A DNA stretch of 64,000 nt from Oikopleura dioica (Eukaryota > Animalia > Chordata). Within the stretch, counting starts at the first letter, position 1, and every line of letters begins with the position of its first letter. Shown here in pieces: positions 49,804 to 60,399 of the stretch. The notes under the pieces are model-generated. The model saw nothing but the letters and a program-made list of their open reading frames with translations, was not told the DNA's origin and did not search any database. The stretch spans positions 3,348,001-3,412,000 of the forward strand of contig OU015568.1 of NCBI GenBank assembly GCA_907165135.1, written 5' to 3'. The translations under genes and the position numbers were made by a program.

Positions 49804-50179
49804 CAGAGTTGCAAATCTTGATTAATTTTTCTGAGCTGAGCTGACCTGAGTAAAAAATTCTCTGAGCTGAGCTGAGCTGGCCTATTTCGGAGGTTACTAA
49901 GCTGAGCTGAGCTGAGCTGGCCATAATTAGAGCTGAGCTGAGCTGAGCTGTTTTTGACTGTTTTTTGGTAGTAAAATAGTATTCAAATCATTGAGCTGAG
50001 CTGAGCTGAGCTAAGTGATTATTGTCTGAGCTGAGCAAAACAGATCATGCTCGAAAATAATTGAGCTGAGCTGAGCTGAGCTGAGTGAAAATTGTCTGAG
50101 CTGAGCAGATCAGATCATTTTCCAAAATCACTGAGCTCAGCTCACTCAGCCAGCTCAGCTCAGCAAATTTGCAACTCTG
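49804..50179. mobile_element. Non-autonomous hAT-type element: 13-bp TIRs, 8-bp TSD, internal (GAGCT)n arrays
   Basis: TIR cagagttgcaaat (49804-49816) / atttgcaactctg (50167-50179). TSD attgaagg at 49796-49803 and 50180-50187. CTGAG arrays reverse to CTCAG near the right end. Confidence 0.9.
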
Positions 50180-51543
50180 ATTGAAGGCCTTTTTCTAGCT
50201 CGAAATTTTGCAAAAGAAACTTGATTAAGGGTCAAGAAAAAAATTTGAAGAGCGGCTTTTTAAAACCTGTTATATTATATTATCAAAATTTGTTTCGGCG
50301 TTTGCCTGAGACAGGGTTTCTACACAGGTTTCCCCAAATTCCCCCTCATCACTTGAGCCTATTTCTGGTGGGCACAGATTTGGCTTTTCGATCAAATTTC
50401 TCGAAAAAGGTCTAAAGCCGCCACAAGTACACGAAGCCCTTTCTTTTCTTGCGGTTTTCTGCCTTCAACAAGGTGTGCCGCCAAAAGCTGCAAAAGGTTA
50501 GCCGTCAATCGAGTTGGCCGGATAATGTCAAGCAATTATGATTTTTTGCTTTGTGAAAATAGAAAATCAGCAGGAAATCTCATTTAGAAAGACGCTCAAA
50601 ATAGTAGCAAAAATCGTGGAATACCGACTATATTTGGATATGCTGCTTTAAATAGTCCCGAGCAACAAATTTACTTGAGAGGCTTGAGAATAAACGAAAT
50701 AAGAGGGTGCTTAGCGATAAGGTTTAGCTTTAGTTGCCTGCTTGAAATAGAACGCACTCTCTAAATTTTGGAAACTAAAAGGTTATCTTTTCAAAATCAA
50801 TAAAACCGGTAACAGTAGATCTCGAGAACATGTTCTTTACCTGGTAGTAATCGCTCCTCGGGGATGATTTTGGATGAATGAGAGCGGAAGCAATACGCTA
50901 TTTAGCAAAGACCGAGTTTCCGGTCTATTTTCAGGCTTTTCATAGTTATCGAGTCCTATTTTATTAATTTCTTTGGAGGAACACGAAGCGAGGAATCATT
51001 ATTGATTCTTCATTTATAAGCTCTCGAGAGTCTTTTCTCCAAGAACTGACAAATAAATAGCATCGCTACTGTCGTCCATCAAGAATTCACCGTTGAAGAC
51101 CGAGCTTTCTGGTTCCGACATCCTGTGGCGAATAATACGTCGATCGAAAAAACCATGACATGAAGGATTTGTGAGTCAATTGAGAAACGTTTTCTGCCGC
51201 AGAATGAATGTTTCGGGCAGTAATCCCGGGTCACTGCGATTGACGCCCGGTTAGTACTGCGGAACATGGCACGGCACAAAGCACCTCACGCTTTTTCTCA
51301 TGTCACGTGCAAGGACGCTGAATTCTTTCAATAGAAGCTTTGTTAGAGACTGAGCCTTCTAGTACGAAAAAATATGGATCGACGGTAGAACAAAATAGAC
51401 AGGGAAAAATAGACAGTTTTTGGTTTTTAGACAAAAAAGTTTCCTATTTTTGCCTTTATACAAACAATGTCTAAAAATGAAGCTTATAAAAATCGCTTAT
51501 GTTTTAAAATCTTCTAAAATTTCTAAAATTCACTTAAATATCA

Positions 51544-52227
51544 ATGACTGACAAGATGAACACTGATTCTGTTGACTACCGGCCGGGGACAGTCGCTTTA
51601 AGAGATAATGACGGAGATGGTAAGATGAAAGACATTGCTGACTACCGCCCTGGAACCGTCGCCCTGAGGGATGACGATGAAGATGGCAAAATTAAGGACG
51701 TTGCTGACTACCGCCCTTGAACCGTCGCCCTGAGGGATGACGAAGATGGCAAAATGAAGGACGTTGCTGACTACCGCCCTGGAACCGTCGCCCTGAGGGA
51801 TGACGATGAAGATGGCAAAATTAAGGACGTTGCTGACTACCGCCCTGGAACCGTCGCCCTGAGGGATGACGAAGATGGCAAAATGAAGGACATTGCTGAC
51901 TACCGCCCTGGAACCGTCGCCTTGAGGGATGACGAAGATTGCAAAATGAAAGACATTGCTGACTACCGCCCTGGAACCGTCGCCCTGAGGGATGACGATG
52001 AAGATGGCAAAATTAAGGACGTTGCTGACTACCGCCCTGGAACCGTCGCCCTGAGGGATGACGAAGATGGCAAAATGAAGGACGTTGCTGACTACCGCCC
52101 TGGAACCGTCGCCCTGAGGGATGACGATGAAGATGGCAAAATTAAGGACGTTGCTGACTACCGCCCTGGAACAGTAGCCTTGAGGGATGACGAAGATGGC
52201 AAAATGAAAGACGTCGCTGACTTCTAA
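51544..52227 (+). CDS. Intronless tandem-repeat ORF of 10 units plus tail, D(V/I)ADYRPGTVALRDD(D)EDGK(I/M)K, with one in-frame TGA at 51718-51720
   Basis: 63- and 66-bp units largely alternate. The ATG at 51544 is in frame with the 157-aa ORF 51754-52227. The TGA replaces the GGA found in other units. Some unit differences are synonymous (e.g. aca gta gcc ttg versus acc gtc gcc ctg). Confidence 0.6.
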
Positions 52228-55200
52228 TTTTTCATGTGATTAATCGAAATTGCTGTCTTCTTTCGGAACCAAAAATAAAAATAAAAATTGAAAGCATCTT
52301 CCCTCACGTGTGTGTCGAGTGTTTCCTGACCGCTTAAAAGACCCTTTACAAGTGAATAAGCAAGAAGAACGACACGGCAAAACATTGAGAGCGCTTAAAA
52401 TGTTCAAAAACATGGCGATTTCTACTTCCGTTCAGCTTTTTAAGGGTCTCCAGCGTCTAATTCAGTATTTTCTTAAAAACATATTTCTACTTAGACCTTT
52501 CAAAACCTTTAAAGCCCTTATAATTCATTCAAATCAATCACGTGTCGATTTGACCTTTCATCAATTCTAGCAGTTGTTCTCTTAGAAAAAGCGACTGATG
52601 TTCTTAATCAGCCTTCGCGGCGGCTGATTCTCTGACTCAAATGCTGTTTTGCAAAGGGATTGCGGCCACGCCCGATTCTCTCTTATTTTTTAAAAGTTGT
52701 CGTCTACAAAGTTGTTAAAATCTTGTCTAAGCTTTAAGATTATGGCCGTTTTGGCATTCTATGCTTTTCGAGGAAGTAACTCGTTGCGCAAAAAAGTGGC
52801 GAGAACGGATTTAAGAAGTAAAACTAATTTGCAAAAATAAACGTTTTCTAGCTAAGAATCTAAATAATATTTTAAGATAGAACGCTCAGTAGTTGAATTC
52901 CTGTTAATTCATACGGTATGAATCATACCGAATCGATAGTATTTATGAATGATTTATCAAAACTGGTTATTAATCGTCATGATTCCAGATTTTCTCTCTT
53001 TGACAAAAAGTTGTGTTACAAAACAGTCGGTTTACTTAGTCCAATTTGTCCCAAAATAATTATTTTAATAAGATATTTGCGTTAAGATTGTCATATTTAA
53101 CAGCCAAACATGCTCAAGAAAAACTTGATACAATCACGTTATTCTAAACGAAATTACTCCGGAGCTTTGCAGTATTATCTTCTAGAAATAATACCTCAGT
53201 GGCTAGAGCTAAAGTTGATCAGATTTTGACAAAAATTGACATGAGCTTTTAATTGTCGATAAGCTGCTCAATTTCCTCAAATGGACATGATCCGTGAAAA
53301 TGATACGATATCGCTAAAGTTTCTTTACTAAAATTAACGTTTTTGATCATCGTGACTTCGGTTAAAAATAATTTTTTGTTCTAAGTGATCTTTATTGAGA
53401 AAAGAAGGCAACATTTTTGAGGTAAAATTGGAAAAGAGCTCGAAAAATAAGGATTATCCTTTTCGCACGAAAAGTGATAAGATTCGTTCAAATTATTACA
53501 ACAAAATAATTACAACGAATGCTATCATTTTTTCAAATTCTAGTGTCTCGAACAAGCAATTCGCCTTCACTCGCAAGGCAAATTTTAAAGCGAAAGAGAC
53601 GGTCTAAAATTCAAATGCTTCGGCTTTGAATCCGGCGGCTTGACCAGCTACACGTCCTCTGTGCTTGTAGCTGGCCCGTCACCTGCCGAGCCGGGCTGAT
53701 AACGGCGGAACGGGCACTTTGAGCTGTTTTGAAAGGTTCAAGTGCTCTTTTAGATTCCTGAAAATGGCTCAAAGCGCAGTTTTGGCTCATTAAATGCAAT
53801 TATTTTTTACTGAAACCACTCTTACTTCTTCAAGGGCAATTTTTTGTCTTATGTCCAGTAATTTCGCATCACGAGAAAAAGAAGCATCTCGTTCGACCAC
53901 TAAGACGTGTCAGCTCAACCGAGGAGCCATTTGCTTTAGCTTTGAAGTGGCAGTTTGTCTCGCCGACGCAAAACTTGCTCAATTTATTTACAGAATCTGT
54001 AGAACAATTTTTTGTAACACAAAGGTCACTAAGTATTTGTGATTATTTTTCTCGGTGTGAGCCGCTTTGTCGTTCTAGGGGTACAGCTGAGTTGCTTGCT
54101 TGACTCGGGGTGTCATGTTTATTGCTGTTTTTTGGAGATAATTGGGGCTAGAAATGAAGTGCCTGCTTTTTTTCTTTACAAGACTCAACTTTGTGAATAA
54201 CAATAGAAAACAAGGGAATAACTCTGACATTCGTTTTCTATTGAGAAAACTCAGGGCAGTGCATCCGGGTAAAAGAACGACGTGGTCAATCGGTGTTCCC
54301 GGCCACAGAGTTTTTAATAATCTGAAGAGAAACAAAGAAAATGCGTGTTTTTGATCTAGGTCGCTCTTGGTTTTATCGAAAACTTTTTGGTTTAAAAGCC
54401 CTTAGCTAGTCATAAGCTCATTTGTAAATTTATGTTTTGGGTCTAAAGAAAGAGTGTTAATTGAAATTTATTTTGAAGAGCAATTTTATTTACAATTTGG
54501 ACGCCCTTAATTCGAAAAAGAGAGAGAGGGAGTATATTTTTGTTTGACGCCGTAAAAACCGAGCAACAAGACGTTTTTCATCTGTGTATTCTTACCGCAA
54601 TAGCAAGCGCGTCCGCAGATGAAAACACAGCTGACGCTGGCGGGTTAACCGAGCTCCAAGTGCCCAGGAAATTGGAAACGCAGAAGAGGCATCTGGTCGA
54701 GGAAGAGTTCACGTTGATAGGAATGTAGATCGAAAAATGTCAAATTTGAAAATGACGGTCTTTTGTGACCGTTGCTTATTAATTAATTCGTATTTGTGCT
54801 GCAAAAAATATATAGCGTTAATGTTTGATGATTTGACAAACTTACAAGTTCTCATTAAAAATTTAAAAATGACGATTTTGATTTTAAAAGAATCTTATTA
54901 GGCATTTTTGAAAAATGAAGACAATACTTCCTTTTTTGCTTTTTATCCTGATTTTCGGCTTGAAAACCAACGAGAAATCGTAAGAAAATGGATAAATACT
55001 TGTTTTTTTTTACTTTTTTGAGAAAAACAAGGCTGATAGAAGACTTTAGAGTCGCAATTTATCGGACGAGATTGAGGTACCTAAAGCGAATGCTTTTGGA
55101 AAGACTTGACGAAAAGGGAGATTTTGGCATTTTAGCTGGATATTTTTAATAAAAAGGCCGAGTTCCTGACTGCTTACAAAAATAAACTTTTGATATTTTT

Positions 55201-55875
55201 AAGAGCTTTTCATTTTTCGATCAACTAAAAGTTCAAAAAGGAGAATTGGAATGTATGAGCATCGAAACACAAGGAACTGGTAAATTCACGTAAAAAATTT
55301 GATGAGCTGTCTTTTTCGAAAAGGCGATTTCTAATTCAAAAATTACAGTAAAGACGGATGGCAAACCAGAGCTAAGCCGACGGGGCCGGATCAAACTCTA
55401 ACTTTCTCAAATCCTACTACACGAGTAACTTGCAAATCACGCGTTAGATGTCAAAAAGCGGATGTTTGAAATGTCTAAAATTTTGATTTCGCAAAATGAG
55501 TTTTTGAAAATTTGAACTTTCGTTTTGGAAAATTGCTGGTTTCCTTATTTTCTGTCACTCCAAACGTTCTAACCCAAAAGCAAATCGCTGCACGAGTGGT
55601 GGCGCCCGCCAAAGTGCCAATTTAGGAACCTATCGTCATTTTGAGCTTTAGAAGTGATAAAGACAGCACGAGCGGTCCACCGGCGCTAAGTGTTTTGGCT
55701 TTGGAGCACGTAAAAATCGACGCAAAAATATCTAAAATGAGCGAACGAATTTTCAAGCTAATCATGTTTGTTGTTAACATCCTGTTTTAAAACAAATATT
55801 ACGCGGACTGGAATTAGTTTTTAATTGATCTTCGATAAATAAAATTTTTTTCGGGCCAGCTAGACAAAACATCGA

Positions 55876-55991
55876 CCTGTGTAGAAAACCTGAGTCAGGG
55901 TTCTTCGCAGCTTCGCAAGAAGTTAGATAAGAGTCTAATTTTATCGATTTTTTAAGCTCTTTGGAACCCTGACTCAGGTTTTCTTCACAGG
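55876..55991. mobile_element. 116-bp MITE-like element with 28-bp TIRs
   Basis: cctgtgtagaaaacctgagtcagggttc / gaaccctgactcaggttttcttcacagg (27/28). No TSD seen. Confidence 0.75.
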
Positions 55992-57101
55992 AACGCGAGA
56001 TCAGGTTGGGTTAAATCTGATTGGCCCAAGTTCCCAGATTCTTTCAATCAGTACTGTGCTATGAAAATGACGGTTTTCGATGTCCAAGAATTTTATATAA
56101 CCCTATGTCTCGATTCTCTAGCTCTAGAATTACTCTTGCGTAGATATGGTATTATGTCGCGACAGGTTGAGATGTCCAAATTCCTCTCAGTTAGGCAGGT
56201 GCTCGAAACATTGTTGGGGTTGCTTGTCGACTCTTAATTTACTGATCTCAAAATTCAAAGCATATCTAATGCAACGAGAGTCCAGCGGATTCTAGCGTTG
56301 AGTTTATTGTCTCAACTTTGGAATGTCTGCTTCGACAACACATTATCTAATTGGCTTTTACCTGCGAAACACTCAACAAAGTTCAGTAAGGTTCTGAGCT
56401 AAAATTAGCTTTAAAAGCGAAAACAGAACTTTTTTAAACTGCTATCATTTCTGATAAAAAGACCGCAGGAGCCTTCCGAAATCCGGAAACGCTCACGCTG
56501 CCGTTCAAAATAATCCGAATTTAGTCCACCTGTCGGAGCAGCGCACAATTTGCGCCTTAACTATGCATCTACGAGTAATCCCCACTCACTCTAGCATAAA
56601 ACCCACTTGGAAAACGGCAAGATAGTTGAATTGGTATCATCAACTAATCGACTTTTGTCTTACTGTAAAGGACCTTCAGCCACGTGACAAAAGGGTTTTC
56701 TGTAGTCCCTATCGTACAGTATGAATCATACAATATGAGGAAATTTTGGAAGTATACGCTAAGCACTAGAATCGATTATTCAAATCTGCTCGCAATCACG
56801 TGGGGCCTATGTACAAATACACTGGGTGCGGCGATATTCCTTATCAGGATTCTATCGCGGTTGGCTGGATCAGACGGGTGGGGTCACCTGCTGTGGCCTC
56901 CTATCGTGGGCAGAAACCGATAACATTCCCAGCAAAGTAAAAACTAGAAGAGTTTTTCTTTTTGTTATTTCTTCTTTATCCAGTGGGAAGAGGGTGCCAC
57001 TTTTCAAGAAAATATTTGTGCTGATAAAATTCTGGACACTTGGGTCCAGAAAAAAGCTGAAATATTGCATGTTCCGAAAATTTAATTTTTTGACAAAAAA
57101 A

Positions 57102-57198
57102 TCGAGAAGCCGCTTGCGGCTTCGAGCGACAAAAACATTAAAGCCGCGCGAAGCGGGGCTTTGTCTTTCTTTACTCGAAGCCGCAAGCGGCTTCTCGA
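57102..57198. mobile_element. 97-bp inverted-repeat element, copy 1 of the GAAGCCGCAAGCGGCTTC family
   Basis: Perfect 25-bp TIR tcgagaagccgcttgcggcttcgag / ctcgaagccgcaagcggcttctcga with a central aaagccgcgcgaagcggggcttt hairpin. Confidence 0.85.
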
Positions 57199-57239
57199 CT
57201 TTTTCTAGTCTAGAAAATCTCTTGATTTTGATTCTGAAA

Positions 57240-57560
57240 AGACCGGATTTTGCACAGTTCGAGTACGAAGTGGTAAAAGGAGAGGAATGAAATCGAATAC
57301 GCTTTGAGATGGCGTAACAGCCGATTATCAAATTGTCCCTGGCTCAATTCAACAATTCACGTTGAGGAAAATTTCTCATTCCTCGTATTCAGGAGGCTAC
57401 GAGCTTAACATCGACTGCTGGATAGAACCGGACGAAGAAATTGATCCGGATGAGCCGCCTAGATACAGGAAAATCTTCAACAGTCGAAAACACCCAAGCG
57501 GTCGCTTCAATCTCCCATGGAACGGAAACTCCTATCGTCTTTGTTTTTCAAATCATTTCA
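57240..57560 (+). CDS. GOLD-domain (p24/TMED-like) gene fragment; ends unresolved, possibly decaying
   Basis: FAQFEYEVVK|GGYELNIDCWIEP...SGRF...NSYRLCFSNHF parallels p24 FE(F/Y)QV.TGG.YDVDC...G.Y.FCFSN.FS. Confidence 0.55.
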
Positions 57561-58029
57561 GGAAAAGTATAGAACACCGAGTTATACAACAAGAATGTCG
57601 ATTTGCTAATAAGCCATCTTTCTTTTTGGATAAGCTAGTTTTCGGTTGCATTAGCTGCGGCGCAAAAATGCCGCTGTTAGAAATTTCACATGCCTTCTAA
57701 GACATTAGGCAGCTCCATTTTCTTTCTGGGCGGAGTTTGGAGAAATATTCAAAAATCAATGCTTAAAAAAAGTTCAACAAGCAAAGCAGTTTATTTTTCA
57801 GTCGAAACAACGCACGAAGCTCTCCCAAAAGAAGGTGAGACCGCAAGATATTGTCCTCGGACGTGGAGTTCATTCCAAAGCAAAAAATGGCTTCCTCAGA
57901 TAAATATTTTTTTCGGATAGTTATTGACCGGAAGCCACCACAATTTATTCAAAATATTGATAAAATGCCTCTTTGATATTTACTTTTTTGGGGACCCAGG
58001 TCAAAAGGTAGTAGGGGGATATCATTCGA

Positions 58030-58617
58030 GCTGCCCTAACCCAAAACCTAACCCAGGGGCTATGAACCCCGGGACCCCCAACTAAGGCCTTAACCAGGGG
58101 ACTTCACCCCCCGGACCCCCTTAACCCGATAACGAGAGCGGGAGCACTAAGTGCTCCCAGAGCTAGTTGTTGCATTGTGATTTTCTTCAATTTCGAAGAT
58201 AATCCAGAAATTCAAAAAAACTTAGATTCTAGCCCCTATTCCTCACTTAGTTTGACTTTAAGAAATCTTCATACTCTTTATTCAATCCCTATTTTTTACA
58301 AAAAAGGAGGAAATTTTTGGAAATTCGTCTCGAGAACTCAATGTTACATAACATTCATCAAGAGAGCGCGCGTTCTTTTCGCGTTTTTCCTCACAAAAAT
58401 GAGTTCTCAGGAGTTCTAGACCGAGCATTTTTAAAAAATCCGACGAAAGCGCCGTCTTACAGACCAAGAAAACAAGCAGTTTTGCCCTCTTTTTGCTTAA
58501 AATTGTTCTAGATGGCCCGGGTGCACTAACTGCTCCCGCTCTCGTTATCGTATAATTTCAAACTCGCGTTATCGGGTTAAGAGTTCCCAGTACCTAACCC
58601 TAACCCTAACCACTACC
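58030..58617. mobile_element. Composite element with CCCTAA tracts at both ends, GGGG..CCCC hairpins and nested inverted repeats
   Basis: cgataacgagagcgggagca (58127-58146) / tgctcccgctctcgttatcg (58531-58550); ttaacccgataacg / cgttatcgggttaa (58568-58581); cctaac x3 at 58593-58610. Confidence 0.7.
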
Positions 58618-59492
58618 CAGATTCTAGAGATATTACTAATATCATATTAGATGTCTCGAATCATAGCCTCGAATGAAATCCCCTCTCTAGGGGTCGAAAA
58701 TGTGATGGTAGAGCTCACCCGAAGTGAGAATTCAGTCTATCCGCTAAAAACGATCGCGGATGCATTCAACTTGAATTCTTCTAATTTTAACCCGACGAAG
58801 ATTAACTAGTTAGCATTGAGAAGAGAATAACAACGAATTCTACGTGGGTCCTCTACTTGTTTCTCACTTTGAGAATTCCTGGGATATCCTTAAGGATAAC
58901 ACAGTTTAGATTAAGTTCCGCACTTCATATCATAAACTGCACTTGGGCTTTGTTTGTACAAAATTGCAAGAACTAAACTTCGCCCGTGTTTTCAGCATTT
59001 ACAGTACAACGGAAGCCGTCTGCTAGGAAAATGGCTCAATCAAATAATTTAGAGAAAATTGATATCAATTAAATAATGTGGACTAGGAAAACAGTTTTCT
59101 GTTTGATGCAAAATTGTGGAATGCTTCAACTCAGCCCTTTTTTCTCAATAGAACTGCAATAATATTAGAAAACATGTTTCCAGCAAATTCATCTATTCGA
59201 TAAAGTCACGTTTTGACTATTGTATCGTTTCGGAATAAAACTAACAGAGATTTTTAATGCTTTCAATTGAGTTTATTCTTTATTTTCTCGAGCTATCATC
59301 GAGTTTTCATCCCTCTTTAGATCAGTCCTCAGAAGAACTCTTCGCCGGAGCCTCTGAAAATTTGGATTATTCGATTCGTCTTTTAAAATATATTGCTGCG
59401 ACAACACAGCAAGGTATTATTTAATCAGTTAATTTTTTTATTAATTTTTTTTCTTATAATGAAATGAGCATAAAATAAGTTATCGCTATGAA

Positions 59493-59587
59493 CGAGAAGC
59501 CGCTTGCGGCTTCGAAAAATAAATAACCAAAGCCGCGCGATGCGCGGCTTCTTCTTTATTTTGCTCGAAGCCGCAAGCGGCTTCTCG
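59493..59587. mobile_element. 95-bp inverted-repeat element, copy 2 of the GAAGCCGCAAGCGGCTTC family
   Basis: 23-bp perfect TIR cgagaagccgcttgcggcttcga / tcgaagccgcaagcggcttctcg; central aagccgcgcgatgcgcggctt palindrome. Confidence 0.85.
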
Positions 59588-60399
59588 ATTTTTGCCGTAA
59601 ATATTTTGCTGGGTAATATTCTTGGTAGTTACTTATGAGCTCATAAGTATTTAACGAGAGCTCATTTAGAAAATAGAAGAAGCAATATTTGTACATTTGT
59701 TTCTAAGCCGATTTTTGTGCTTCGTTTGAAATTGTGTTTTCTTCGTAGACGGCGGAGTTATTGCAGCTGCTGGTGGGCGGATCCAGTTTTGGAGCTCTTG
59801 TTTTACAATCGTACTTATAGGATTTGGGTTTTTCAGAAGGTTCTTGTCACTAGAACTGCGTGGTCAAAGATCAGAGTGAGAAACTTGTTGTGCAATGTGC
59901 TTAATCAATATCGTTAATGTCAATGTAAAATCATTTTTATTCATTCTTAAATGTCTCTATCAAATCAGAAAATGACGATATTATGGTTTCCGAAAAGTTT
60001 TCGACAAAAAGATCGTTCTTTTTCACGGAATCGTGCTTGAAATCAAGGAAGACTCTTGAATTCAAATTCTTTTAATGAAAACCTGAAAAAGTCACTGCCG
60101 GACTTCAAACCTATGCCATCAAGAGCAACTTCGTCAATTTTGATCGAAGAGGATCATCTGCCTGAAAGTTCAATTTCGTTGTTGAAATACAAATAACAAA
60201 GAGAATACCACCTAAAGGCGAAAGTCCAATGCCTTGAATACAATGACTCAACCGTTGAGTCTCAACGAGTTTTTATATACAAAAGAGAGGTGTAGCATCA
60301 TTTGCGTTCAACAACCGCGCTATTTGCTTTCTAGAGTTTAACGACCGTTGTCCTATTTATAAAGTTATTTTGCGTACAAAAGGAGAGAGAGATTTGTGA

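Noticed and set aside
51571-52224. CRISPR-like array
   Set aside because: The units are contiguous with no unique spacers, the lengths are multiples of 3 in an open frame, and there are no cas genes in this eukaryotic context.
56780-57090. Tetraspanin-like CCG...C segment (VTCCGLLSW...ICADKILDTW)
   Set aside because: No convincing TM3/TM4 or PxSC motif. The exons may belong to the GOLD gene or be chance.
59630-59649. Perfect 20-bp palindrome TACTTATGAGCTCATAAGTA (similar short ones near 31910, 38692, 52905, 58885)
   Set aside because: Isolated and single-copy in the window; most likely TE debris.
59930-60170. SEA-domain-like minus-strand segment
   Set aside because: A stop codon lies four codons upstream in frame and there is no usable acceptor.
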